A stretch of 64,000 nucleotides of DNA. It comes from Rhodocyclaceae bacterium UBA1310. Lineage in GTDB: Bacteria > Pseudomonadota > Gammaproteobacteria > Burkholderiales > Rhodocyclaceae. Below the pieces are notes generated by a model, which was not told the DNA's origin, made no database searches, and worked only from the letters and a program-made list of their open reading frames with translations. The DNA is taken from the NCBI GenBank assembly GCA_002307175.1, contig DBTS01000006.1, positions 8,200 to 72,199 of the forward strand. The letters run 5' to 3'. Positions 9,911 through 18,766 of this stretch are shown here, piece by piece. Numbering within the stretch: position 1 is the first letter of the stretch; each line of letters starts with the position of its first letter. Made by a program: the position numbers and the translations under genes.

Positions 9911-11128
9911 TTACAGCACTCGGCCTTGTGCAGCGGATTCGGCGTAGGTTCGTAATTTGGGAGAAAGCTCCGGGTGGCTGCGGAGGTAGCGATTGATGAT
10001 GGTTTCGACCCGTTTATTGCAATTGTCATGGCTGTGAAGGTGGCCCAGACCGTGCAGGGCGCTGTCGATGCAGGTGGGGTTGGTGGACTCGAGCACGTCG
10101 GCGAGCAGGTCGAGCAGCGCGGTATGCCAGATTTCCTTTTCTGGGGATTCGCCCCACCATGCGAGCGGTGTGATGTCCCAGAGCATGAAGCAGAACATGC
10201 TGAGCGGGTCTGGTGTGTCGTTGAGCTCGGTTGTGCAGCGGGTTTCGAAGCAGCCGCTGTAGAGGGTGCGGATGCTGTTGAAGGCGGCGAGGCGCTCGGC
10301 AATCGGCAGGCTGGTGTCCTGGAAGATGAAGACGGTATCACCACAGCCGCAGTCGAACAGGTTACGCAGGCCGCTTTCGATCTGGGCGGGGCTGAAGCGG
10401 GCGAGGTCGGTGGCGCAGTGGGTGAAGAGGCGCTGGTAGTGGCGGAGGTGTTCGGCGCTGCTGGCCTGGAAGGGCTCGCAGTCGTTATCGAGGTGCCAGC
10501 CGTTGGGGGTTTCAGGCCGATCCATTTGGAAATCGAGCCAGTCGTGGTAGCGCTGGTTGGCCTCGGCGGTTTCAATCGCTTCAATCAGTGCGGGGATGGC
10601 GCGGTCAGTGGGGATTCTCTGCAGGGCGAGGTTCTTGAGGCGGCGTGGCTTGTCGAGATGGGTGATGGTGCCGAGGCCGAGGAGTTTGGTGGTAAAGACC
10701 AGCGCCTGGGCGATGTCGCCATCGCTGGGGGTGCGCTGCTTGAAGAAGGCGGCGTAGGCGCGCAGCAGTGCCTGGGCTTCATGCGCGGCGTGGTGGCAGT
10801 CGGGGCAGTCCAGGGTGTTGGCGTGGACGTTGAAGCCGAGGGTTTCGTACCAGTATTGCTGCTCGCGCGCGAAGAAAAAGAATGGGCGCCTGCATTGCTG
10901 GCAGTTGCGCAGGATGTCGACGTAGTAGCGGTGTGGCGTGATGGTGTAGTGCTGCCGGGCGGTATCTGCTGCGATGGCGGTGTGTGGAAAGATGCGGTCG
11001 GTCTTTGCGATGCCGAAGAGGCGGGTGACTTCTGCGGGCGGGAGTTCGAGCCCGGAGGCAATCGGCGCGGCACCGTAACGTGGATGACGCACGATGTGGG
11101 GCGGCAGGGGCGGTTTGTAGCGCGACAT
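9911..11128 (-). CDS. Zinc-ribbon domain protein fused to a helical C-terminal domain
   Basis: YYVD..CQQCRRPFFFFAREQQYWYETLGF...CPDC (zf-trcl-like); C-terminal half contains SALHGLGHL. Confidence 0.8.
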   Translation of the reverse strand: MSRYKPPLPPHIVRHPRYGAAPIASGLELPPAEVTRLFGIAKTDRIFPHTAIAADTARQHYTITPHRYYVDILRNCQQCRRPFFFFAREQQYWYETLGFNVHANTLDCPDCHHAAHEAQALLRAYAAFFKQRTPSDGDIAQALVFTTKLLGLGTITHLDKPRRLKNLALQRIPTDRAIPALIEAIETAEANQRYHDWLDFQMDRPETPNGWHLDNDCEPFQASSAEHLRHYQRLFTHCATDLARFSPAQIESGLRNLFDCGCGDTVFIFQDTSLPIAERLAAFNSIRTLYSGCFETRCTTELNDTPDPLSMFCFMLWDITPLAWWGESPEKEIWHTALLDLLADVLESTNPTCIDSALHGLGHLHSHDNCNKRVETIINRYLRSHPELSPKLRTYAESAAQGRVL

Positions 11129-11296
11129 GCCGAATACTTTAGCAGGCAGTGCAGACGGGTGTCCATGAGCGGCCAGGTCTCGCCGCTATGCGGTGAACCC
11201 GGGGTTTGACAGTGGTACGAAGTGTGTAGTGAGGCCGGTGGTGATTGGCGGCTTTGGTTCGCTGCAATTGCCGATGGTCTGAAAAATGCCAATGAA

Positions 11297-11328
11297 GTAG
11301 GGTGACAATGAGCGCAGCGAATTGCACC
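11297..11328 (+). repeat. REP element
   Basis: GTAGGGTGACAATGAGCGCAGCGAATTGCACC. Confidence 0.85.
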
Positions 11329-11468
11329 TTCCGCGCGCCTTTTGGTATTTGCCACGCCCGGCTATTTTTCTGGAGCCTGCGGCGGCATTCGCTGTGCTCT
11401 CTCCGCCCTGCATTTTCCACCCGTCGCGCTGCATTTCTGCGGTGGTATTTGCGATCTGTCGATATGTT

Positions 11469-11972
11469 TTATGCCTGGTCTTTGAGCAGGCCCATGATGT
11501 GGGCGTCGATGTATTGGCCGTGGACGAGGTTGGCGTGGCGGCGGGTGCCTTCGTGCTGGAAGCCGAGGCGTTCGTAGAGGGCGATGGCGCGGGGATTGTC
11601 GGTACGCACGGTGAGTTCGATGCGGGTGAGGCCTTTGGCCCAGCAGGTGTCGATGATGGCTTGCAGGAGGCGGGCGCCGAGGCCTTGGTCGCGATAGCCG
11701 GGGATGATGCCGATGCCGAGTACGCCGATGTGGGCGCGGGAGTCGCCGAAGACGGAGGTGATGTCAGCCCAGCCGACGACTTTGTCGCCATCTAGGGCGA
11801 GGAGGTGTGGGGCACCGGCAGCGGCGAGCGAGCGGTAGAAGGCGAGTGAGGTGTGCCAGGGCAGGGGCTGGGTGAAGGAGAGGTAGCGTTCTTCGCGGGC
11901 GACGCTTGCAATTGCTTGATACAGGCTGGGGTAGTGGCTCTCGTTGGCGGGGGTGATGGTGATGGGGCTCAT
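11469..11972 (-). CDS. GNAT family N-acetyltransferase
   Basis: YRDQGLGARLL motif A; NPRAIALYERLGF. Confidence 0.92.
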   Translation of the reverse strand: MSPITITPANESHYPSLYQAIASVAREERYLSFTQPLPWHTSLAFYRSLAAAGAPHLLALDGDKVVGWADITSVFGDSRAHIGVLGIGIIPGYRDQGLGARLLQAIIDTCWAKGLTRIELTVRTDNPRAIALYERLGFQHEGTRRHANLVHGQYIDAHIMGLLKDQA

Positions 11973-12069
11973 GGCGGGATTTTAGCGCGGGGAGAGGCTG
12001 TTTGCTTGGGTGGGCACGGAGAGTCACCGCATGGTGTTGGGGTGCCTTGGGGTGCTATCAGTGAGTCAG

Positions 12070-12246
12070 CGCCCCCAGGGCGGAGGCTTGATCGGCGCGA
12101 TTGCGCTGCGCTCCATTGTTCCGTTGTGCGCGCCCTAAGCAAACCGGTGGGCTCGGTGGGCTGCGCGGGTGATTATTGCCGGGTGCAGTAATGATCAGTC
12201 AGAACTACGCGGAAGGTGCAATTCGCTTTGCTCATTGGCACCCTAC
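12070..12246 (-). repeat. Cluster of two REP-like elements
   Basis: 12070-12150 long variant; 12215-12246 GGTGCAATTCGCTTTGCTCATTGGCACCCTAC. Confidence 0.8.
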
Positions 12247-12437
12247 GATAATCAGCGCGTTGGGAACGAGAATGGGAAATTGAAAGTTCGTGGAAGTTCG
12301 GTGGGGACCGGTGGCGGCGGAGCTTGTTCAGGGCTCCGCCGCTGCCAGCTTACTTCCTCAGGTATTGCTGTGACCCCGCGAGGGTGTGGGAAGTTCGCGG
12401 GGACTTGTAACAGGCTGTGTCAGCCGTTTCTGGCGGA

Positions 12438-14051
12438 TCAGATTTTGTAGGTTTCAACGATCTTGTGCATGGAGGTGGCGAGCTCGTCGAGTTCGCGGGC
12501 GGCGTCAGCACTGCCGCTGGCGGCACCGTTGGAGACTTCGGCCATCTGGGCGATGCGCTCGACCTGCTGGGCGATGCTCTGGCTGGCGGAGCTCTGTTCG
12601 CGGATGGCTTCGGTGATTTCGCGGACCATGCCGACTGTCTCGCCGCTGGCCTGACGGATGCGGGCGATGGCGTCGTTGGCATCCTGGGCACGGGCTACAC
12701 CGGCGGAGACGCGGTCGACAGCGACTTCCATGCTGGTGACAGCCTGTTTGGCACCGTTGCGCACGCCATCGATGATCTTGGTGATTTCGGTGGTGGAGTG
12801 GGCGGTGCGTTCGGCGAGCTTGCGCACTTCGTCGGCGACCACGGCGAAGCCACGGCCCTGTTCGCCGGCGCGGGCGGCTTCGATGGCGGCGTTGAGGGCG
12901 AGTAGGCTGGTCTGGTCGGCGACTTCGCGGATCACGGCGACGACGGATGAGATCTTGTCGCTTTCGGTTTCGACAACGCGGATGCGCTCGCTGGTCTGGT
13001 GCACGGTGTTGGCGATTTCGTTGATGTCTTGCACGGTCTGGTTGATGATGTCGCTGCCATCGCTGGCCAGCCGCCCGGATTCTTCGGAGAGGTGATTGGC
13101 TTCGGTGGCGCGGTCGCCGATGTGGGTGATGGAGACCGTCATTTCTTCAACGGCAGCGGCCATGCTGGAGGCGGATTCGCTTTGCTGGCTGGAGGCCTGG
13201 GCGACCTGCTGGGCGGTGTCAGTCATATGGCGTGATTTGCCGGCCACGGAAGTGGCATTGCCGCTGATCTGGCTCAGGCTGGTCTGCATGGAATCGATCA
13301 GGCGGTTGAGGTTCTTGCCCATCTGCGCAAGTTCGTCGCTACCCTGGGCGGGTACGCGGATGCGGAAATCGCGTTCGCGTTCGATGCGCGAGACGGCGTT
13401 TTGCACACCCGTAAGCGAGAGGCGGATGGTGCGTTCGAGCATCAGACCGATTATGAGGATGGCGGCGATGCCGATGACGATGACGCTAATGGCGAAAGTC
13501 TTGAGGCTGGAGACACTCGCATCGGAAGCCTCATTGGTGGCCTTGATGCGTTTGTTGAGGTAGTCGAGGTGGGCGTCTGTAACTTTTTTGGCGTCGGCAG
13601 AGGCTTTGACAAAGGTGATTACGGCGTTACGGATGGTGTCTTTGTCGGCACCGATGTTGTCGAGTGCTGGTAGTAGCTTGCTATCGAAGTCTTTGAGGGC
13701 TTCGGTGTCTTTGGCAAAGAACTCGCGATCTTCAGGATCGGTAATGAGTTTTTCGTAGACGGCCATCTGTTCCCACATCACGCTATCGCTCTTCTTGGCC
13801 TGCTTGAGGATGTCCTTGCGGCGATCTTCGTCTTCGGTGGAGGCACTATTGAGCGCGTGCACACGCAGGCGCAGGGTTTGCGCAACAATGTAGTCGAGGG
13901 CCTGGATCTGCGGGACGGTTTGATTCTGGAGCTGATCGACGCTGGCCGATACTTGGTTGACACCATTCAGGCCGATAAGGCCGACGCTCAGGGCAACGAC
14001 TGCTGAGAGCAGGAGGATGAGTTTGAGGCGGAGCGCTATGGTGATGTTCAT
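12438..14051 (-). CDS. Methyl-accepting chemotaxis protein (periplasmic sensor, HAMP, MCP signal domain)
   Basis: Two TMs; [37 protein letters not shown]. Confidence 0.97.
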   Translation of the reverse strand: MNITIALRLKLILLLSAVVALSVGLIGLNGVNQVSASVDQLQNQTVPQIQALDYIVAQTLRLRVHALNSASTEDEDRRKDILKQAKKSDSVMWEQMAVYEKLITDPEDREFFAKDTEALKDFDSKLLPALDNIGADKDTIRNAVITFVKASADAKKVTDAHLDYLNKRIKATNEASDASVSSLKTFAISVIVIGIAAILIIGLMLERTIRLSLTGVQNAVSRIERERDFRIRVPAQGSDELAQMGKNLNRLIDSMQTSLSQISGNATSVAGKSRHMTDTAQQVAQASSQQSESASSMAAAVEEMTVSITHIGDRATEANHLSEESGRLASDGSDIINQTVQDINEIANTVHQTSERIRVVETESDKISSVVAVIREVADQTSLLALNAAIEAARAGEQGRGFAVVADEVRKLAERTAHSTTEITKIIDGVRNGAKQAVTSMEVAVDRVSAGVARAQDANDAIARIRQASGETVGMVREITEAIREQSSASQSIAQQVERIAQMAEVSNGAASGSADAARELDELATSMHKIVETYKI

Positions 14052-14084
14052 GGGTGCTACAGGATGGTTGAAGAGATGTAAGGG

Positions 14085-14111
14085 TAAACGGCTATTAGGT
14101 TCCGGACTTAA
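14085..14111 (-). promoter_or_regulatory. Putative sigma-28 (FliA) promoter of the MCP gene
   Basis: Minus strand TTAAG-N14-GCCGTTTA about 35 nt upstream of the ATG, resembling the T(A/C)AAG-N14-GCCGATAA consensus. Confidence 0.6.
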
Positions 14112-14957
14112 GGGCTAAAAGTTGTAAAGCCTGCTATGCCTTGATTGAGGCGGGTTGTGGCATGGCACCGCTATCACGGAAGCTGCCAATGTGCAGGTAT
14201 GGGCGGTATTTATCCATTCTCATAAAAAGGTTATTGTCCGGACGGAAAAAACGGTACCTGTAAGCCAGTCTGCCCGGGCAACCGTACTGTTCGCAGGGCC
14301 TTGTTTTTTGTCTGGATGACCCAATATGGTGGGCTGTCTGGATATTGTTGTGCAGTGAGAATGTGGTGGAAATAGGGCGTGCACATGTTTGAAACCACTA
14401 TTTCCCCGGATTTGAATATGAATATTCAGAAATGAATATACGGAAATTCGATAAAATCGTTATGGCATATTGTGATTTGCGTCTCTAGGGTTTCTGCATA
14501 GAATCAGGGGGTATCACAATTTAGGCCGGGTTTGCGCTCGAGACCCTCTGAGGGTTTTCCTGCATGGGGGTGTGGCCTGCGCTGTGCTCCAATACCGCCC
14601 GGCGCGCCACGTGCGCCGATATTCGGCAGACGTGAAAAATAATCGTCAAAAAATTTCATCTGCCGGGATTTTTTTGCAGCCAGGCTGCATTAGGCGCAAT
14701 CGCCGTAATGGTGGGAAATTTCGACGATCTCTTTGTATTTGAAGAGCATTGTCTGCGATTGATTTTCGTTTGGGTGGGAAATTGGCGGGAACTTTTGAGG
14801 TGGTGACGCACCTCTAAAGGCAGGAACACTCTGGCTGGGGTTTGGTTTGGCCGCGGGGCTGTGATGCAGAGAAGATTTGCTCATGGGGTGTCGCAGTAGC
14901 GACATGTGCGGAAGTCAGAATGTTCTTTTGTTGTTCATCAAGAAAAAGGAGACACCG

Positions 14958-15563
14958 ATGCCTCATAAGGGATATACGGTCTATGTCGTCGAAGCGGACT
15001 CTTCCGTGCGCGATGCGCTGGCTCTTCTGTTGAGCCTGGAAGGTTATGCTGTTGCTATGTTTGATAGCGTTGAAAGATTTCTTGCCGCAATGAGTCAGGA
15101 ATGGCTGGGTTGCGTGCTGATCGATAATCGCCTCTATGGCCAGAATGTGCTGATGCTGCAGCGCCGCCTGCGAAATAAAGCATGTGCGCTGCCGATGATT
15201 GTGATGAGTGCGCTGGGGAATCTTGGCGCGATGCCCAAGGCTTTGTGTTCGGCAGCGGCAGAGCTGCTCGACAAGCCGCTGAATCCGGCACGTTTGGTGG
15301 CTTCGGTGGAGCGTGCGTTTGTGCGCCTGGATCGTGCCCGGCATGGTTCGCGGGCGATGCTGGTGCGCTCGGCCAAACCGGCGCATCTGAATGCGGACGA
15401 GCGTGAGATTGTTGACATGATCGCTCGTGGCCTGCCACGCCGGGAGATTGCCAAGGCGCTGTTTCTCTCGCCGCAGGCGGTGGAGGAGTGTGTGCAGTGC
15501 CTGATGCGCAAGCTGGGGGCCAGCGATGTGCTGGAGCTGCCACGCATGGCGGTTGCTGCGTAA
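14958..15563 (+). CDS. FixJ/NarL-like response regulator (REC + LuxR HTH), orphan
   Basis: VYVVEADSSVRDAL, CVLID, LDKP, and HTH REIAKALFLSPQAVE; AGGAG RBS. Confidence 0.85.
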   Translation: MPHKGYTVYVVEADSSVRDALALLLSLEGYAVAMFDSVERFLAAMSQEWLGCVLIDNRLYGQNVLMLQRRLRNKACALPMIVMSALGNLGAMPKALCSAAAELLDKPLNPARLVASVERAFVRLDRARHGSRAMLVRSAKPAHLNADEREIVDMIARGLPRREIAKALFLSPQAVEECVQCLMRKLGASDVLELPRMAVAA

Positions 15564-15589
15564 CAGCCCTGAAATCTTTCGGGTGAGAC

Positions 15590-15621
15590 AAAAAGCCCTG
15601 TGCGTCAGCATGGGGCTTTTT
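15590..15621. terminator. Bidirectional rho-independent terminator
   Basis: AAAAAGCCCTGTGC-GTCA-GCATGGGGCTTTTT between convergent genes. Confidence 0.7.
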
Positions 15622-15649
15622 GCTGGGTGCTGCGGGGGTGAGTGCTTGC

Positions 15650-16690
15650 CTAGAAGGCTGGTGCAGGGAGTGGTTCTTTGGTGTAGGTCTGACGGGGGGC
15701 GCGGGGTAGCGCTGTGCGGACGCCGGAAGAGGGTTCGTGCACGCCAGTTTTGGCCGGGGGGGCCGCTTTGGCGCTGTGTTGTGTGGCTTTTCTGCTGACG
15801 GGCTTGTCGCAGGTGTCGTAGGTGTCGGGCGGGCAGGTGCTGCCATCGACCCAGGTGGCGCGATCGAAAACGGCGCCTTGAGTGGAGCTGGCGGCGAATT
15901 CGGCATCGCGCAGATTGGCGTTGCTGAAGTCGGCGTCGTCGAGGCGGGCTTCGTTGAAAGTGCTTTCCCTGAGGCGGGCGCGGTGAAAATTGGCACCACG
16001 CAGATCGGATTCGCTAAAGCGGGACTGGATGAGACTGGCGCCAGGGAACTGGGCTCTGCCTGCAGAGGATAGGCGTATGCTGGTGCGATCCATCATGGTG
16101 TCTTCAAAATTGGTACCGTCCAGTGCCGCACCAAAGAATGCGGTGTCGCTGAGATCTGCTCCGGCAAGGTTGGCGCTTTTGAGATTGACGGACCACATTT
16201 TGGCATTGTGGAGATTGGCGCCACTGAGGTCAGCGTGCTGGAAGGAGCTGCCTTGCAGATCTGCATACTGCATGGAAGCGCCCTGCAGCACTGCGTGGTC
16301 GAGAGAAGCCGTGCCGAGGTCGGCATAGTCCAGGCTGGCGCGGGAGAGATCTGCTTCGTCGAGTCTGGCACCGAAAAGCTTGGCGTGATCCAGTCTGGCG
16401 CCGCGCAGATTGGCGCCGCGCAGGTCTGCGGCGGAGAGATCGGCATTGGGCAGATCGGCGTCTGAGAGGTCGGCATCCCTGAGGTTGGCGCCTCGCCAGT
16501 AGGCGCTGGAGACGTGGACGCCACGGCATCTGGCGTTTGGTTCGGGCGTGCAGGTACTTTCTGCTCCGGCGGTATGGCAGAGCAGGAGCATCAGCATGGT
16601 GACAGCGGTGATGGTGGCTGCTTTTGCCTGTGGGGCCGCGGTCCGTGGGTGCGGCGCTTCTGGTTGTGGGTGGGGGCGTGAATCCGGCAT
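15650..16690 (-). CDS. Exported pentapeptide-repeat protein
   Basis: Many A(D/N)LxxA repeats, hydrophobic signal-like segment, flanking Cys pairs, ATWVDG C-cap; AGGAG RBS before MPDSRP. Confidence 0.88.
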   Translation of the reverse strand: MPDSRPHPQPEAPHPRTAAPQAKAATITAVTMLMLLLCHTAGAESTCTPEPNARCRGVHVSSAYWRGANLRDADLSDADLPNADLSAADLRGANLRGARLDHAKLFGARLDEADLSRASLDYADLGTASLDHAVLQGASMQYADLQGSSFQHADLSGANLHNAKMWSVNLKSANLAGADLSDTAFFGAALDGTNFEDTMMDRTSIRLSSAGRAQFPGASLIQSRFSESDLRGANFHRARLRESTFNEARLDDADFSNANLRDAEFAASSTQGAVFDRATWVDGSTCPPDTYDTCDKPVSRKATQHSAKAAPPAKTGVHEPSSGVRTALPRAPRQTYTKEPLPAPAF

Positions 16691-16883
16691 GTAAACTCTC
16701 CTTTGTGTGTGGCAGCAGTGGGGTGATGTGTTTCCTGGCGTTTCTGTTCGATGCACTGCTGGCGGCTGCCATTGTATGACAAAAGATTGGTATTGGCGTG
16801 GAGAGGCAGGCCTGACTTCGACCATGAACATGTTTGTGCCGGATTTTGGGGTGTCGCGCTGGCAGGGTGGAAATACCATCTGA

Positions 16884-16921
16884 TGCAACAGTGTTGCAAT
16901 AACGAATGGCTTTGTTAGAAT
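16884..16921 (+). promoter_or_regulatory. Zur-like operator overlapping a sigma-70 promoter
   Basis: Perfect 7-1-7 palindrome TGCAACA-G-TGTTGCA (16884-16898) overlaps -35 TTGCAA; TGt-TAGAAT extended -10 at 16913-16921; lies upstream of zinc uptake genes. Confidence 0.7.
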
Positions 16922-17020
16922 GCTGCATCTGCCAGGTTTCCATGTGCTGACGCCGGGAGCCGCTGGTTTTGACCCTTTTCCTTCCCTGTTGGCTTGTGCC
17001 CCTGGCTTTTCATTCCCTTC

Positions 17021-17383
17021 ATGAAGTTTCCGCGCGTTCTCCTCGTCTTGCTGCTTGTCTGCCTGCTGTTTGCCCAGCAAGGCAGCGTGCTGCATGTGCT
17101 GGAGCATGCCCTGGCGCTGCGGGAAGGGCCTGCTGCGGGTGCGCCGGCAACCGTCGTGCAGGCAGTGCATTCAGCGGATGAGGCCTGTGCGCTGTGCGCT
17201 GCGTTTGCGGTGCTTGGCAGCGGGGCGGTGCGCGGCGGGCTGGTTTTGCTGCCGGCGGGTGAACAGGTGCTGGCAGCGGCGTCTTCTTTTACTTCAGCCA
17301 GCCTGTCAGCGCGGCTGGCGTTCGCGCCACGGGCGCCGCCAGTGCCCCGCGCTGGCTCAGGTGTTTTCTCTCTCGTGAGCTGA
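17021..17383 (+). CDS. DUF2946/CruR-like leader protein (TM, HxxxH, CxxC, RAPP)
   Basis: MKFPRVLLVLLL..HVLEH..CALC..FAPRAPP. Confidence 0.75.
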   Translation: MKFPRVLLVLLLVCLLFAQQGSVLHVLEHALALREGPAAGAPATVVQAVHSADEACALCAAFAVLGSGAVRGGLVLLPAGEQVLAAASSFTSASLSARLAFAPRAPPVPRAGSGVFSLVS

Positions 17384-17496
17384 GCTGCCCCGCCTGCGGC
17401 GTGGGCGTATCCGGGGCTTGTTCGCGGTGCATCGCGGGTGTCTCCTGGATCGATTTATCTTCCCCTGTGAGTGTTGCCTGAAAGGATGGCGTTGGC

Positions 17497-18054
17497 ATGT
17501 CTCGTCTGTTTGGATTGTTGTTGTGCGGTGCGCTGTTTGCTGCCCCCGCTCTGGCTGCGCCGGCCCATGAGCATGGCGTGGCGACGCTGGATGTGAGTCT
17601 GGAAGGGCATGCGCTGGACATTGCGCTGGATTCTCCGCTGGATAATCTGCTGGGCTTTGAGCACGCGCCGACCACCGAGGTGCAACGCACGCAGGTGGTG
17701 GCAATGGTGCGGCGCCTGCGTGATGCGGGCGCAGTGTTGCAGCCCAATAGTGGCGCGCGGTGTACGCTGGCCGACGTGCACATGGCTTCATCGGCTTTGC
17801 CACCTGCCATGCTGGGGGAGGCTGGCGCGCAGGTCAGTGCGAATCATGAACCACCCGGCCATGCGGATCTGGCGGCGGATTTTCACTTTGACTGTGTGCA
17901 TCCCGAGGCTTTGCGCGAATTGCGCGTGGGGTTTTTCGAGGCTTTCTCGGGCTTTCGCCTGATCCGGGTGCAGGCGGTGGGGCCGCATGGGCAGAGCTAT
18001 GCCGAGCTGACGGCGTCTGCGCCGGTGTTTGAATGGAAACCGGCGCATGACTGA
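17497..18054 (+). CDS. DUF2796 (ZrgA-like) periplasmic zinc-binding protein
   Basis: Signal peptide; AHEHG, SPLDNLLGFEHAP, HAD..FDC. Confidence 0.9.
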   Translation: MSRLFGLLLCGALFAAPALAAPAHEHGVATLDVSLEGHALDIALDSPLDNLLGFEHAPTTEVQRTQVVAMVRRLRDAGAVLQPNSGARCTLADVHMASSALPPAMLGEAGAQVSANHEPPGHADLAADFHFDCVHPEALRELRVGFFEAFSGFRLIRVQAVGPHGQSYAELTASAPVFEWKPAHD

Positions 18055-18766
18055 GGAGGTGGTGATCCGCATTGAGGGGCTGCGCTTTGCCTGGCCCGGG
18101 CAGGCGCAGGAGGGCGGGGCGCTGGCGGTGCCTGCGTTTTCGCTGCGGCGCGGTGAGCATACCTTTCTGCAGGGGCCGAGTGGTTGCGGCAAGAGCACAC
18201 TGCTGGGGCTGATTGCGGGCTTGCAGCAGCCGCAGGCCGGGCGTATCGAGGTGCTTGGGCAGGCGCCACAGAGCATGGCGGGGCGCGATCGCCTGCGCGC
18301 CGAGTTGATGGGTATCGTGTTCCAGCAGTTCAATTTGCTGCCTTATCTCTCGGTAATGGATAACGTGCTGCTGGCTGCGCGCTTTTCAACGGCACGCCGC
18401 CTGCATGCCGGGGCCGACCTGCGTGCTGAAGCGGCGCGGCTGCTGACACGCCTGAGTCTGGCGGAATCGCTGTGGCGCAAATCGGCCCTGCATCTTTCGG
18501 TGGGTCAGCAGCAGCGCGTGGCGATTGCGCGGGCGTTGTTCGGGCGGCCACCGCTGGTGCTGGCCGATGAGCCGACTTCGGCGCTGGATACGGCTAACGC
18601 ACAGATCTTTGTCGACATGCTGCTCGAAGAGGCGGATGCGGACGGTGCCACGGTGCTGATGGTGAGCCATGCGCAGGAGCTGGCGCAGTATTTTCGCCGC
18701 ACGCTGGATTTTGCGAGCCTTGTGCAGGGTGAGGGTGGTGGGGAGGCAGCATGCCGGGAATCCTGA
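18047..18766 (+). CDS. ABC transporter ATP-binding protein (ZrgB-like)
   Basis: GPSGCGKS Walker A; LSVGQQQRVA; LADEPTSALD. Confidence 0.95.
   Translation: MTEEVVIRIEGLRFAWPGQAQEGGALAVPAFSLRRGEHTFLQGPSGCGKSTLLGLIAGLQQPQAGRIEVLGQAPQSMAGRDRLRAELMGIVFQQFNLLPYLSVMDNVLLAARFSTARRLHAGADLRAEAARLLTRLSLAESLWRKSALHLSVGQQQRVAIARALFGRPPLVLADEPTSALDTANAQIFVDMLLEEADADGATVLMVSHAQELAQYFRRTLDFASLVQGEGGGEAACRES

Noticed and set aside
513-12246. CRISPR array or integron attC sites
   Set aside because: Repeats are dispersed GTAG palindromes in both orientations, without regular spacers or RYYYAAC/GTTRRRY ends; no cas or intI gene.
16691-17170. N-terminal extension of the 506-aa pentapeptide ORF
   Set aside because: Overlaps the Zur-like box, promoter and DUF2946 gene; the RBS supports a start at 16690.
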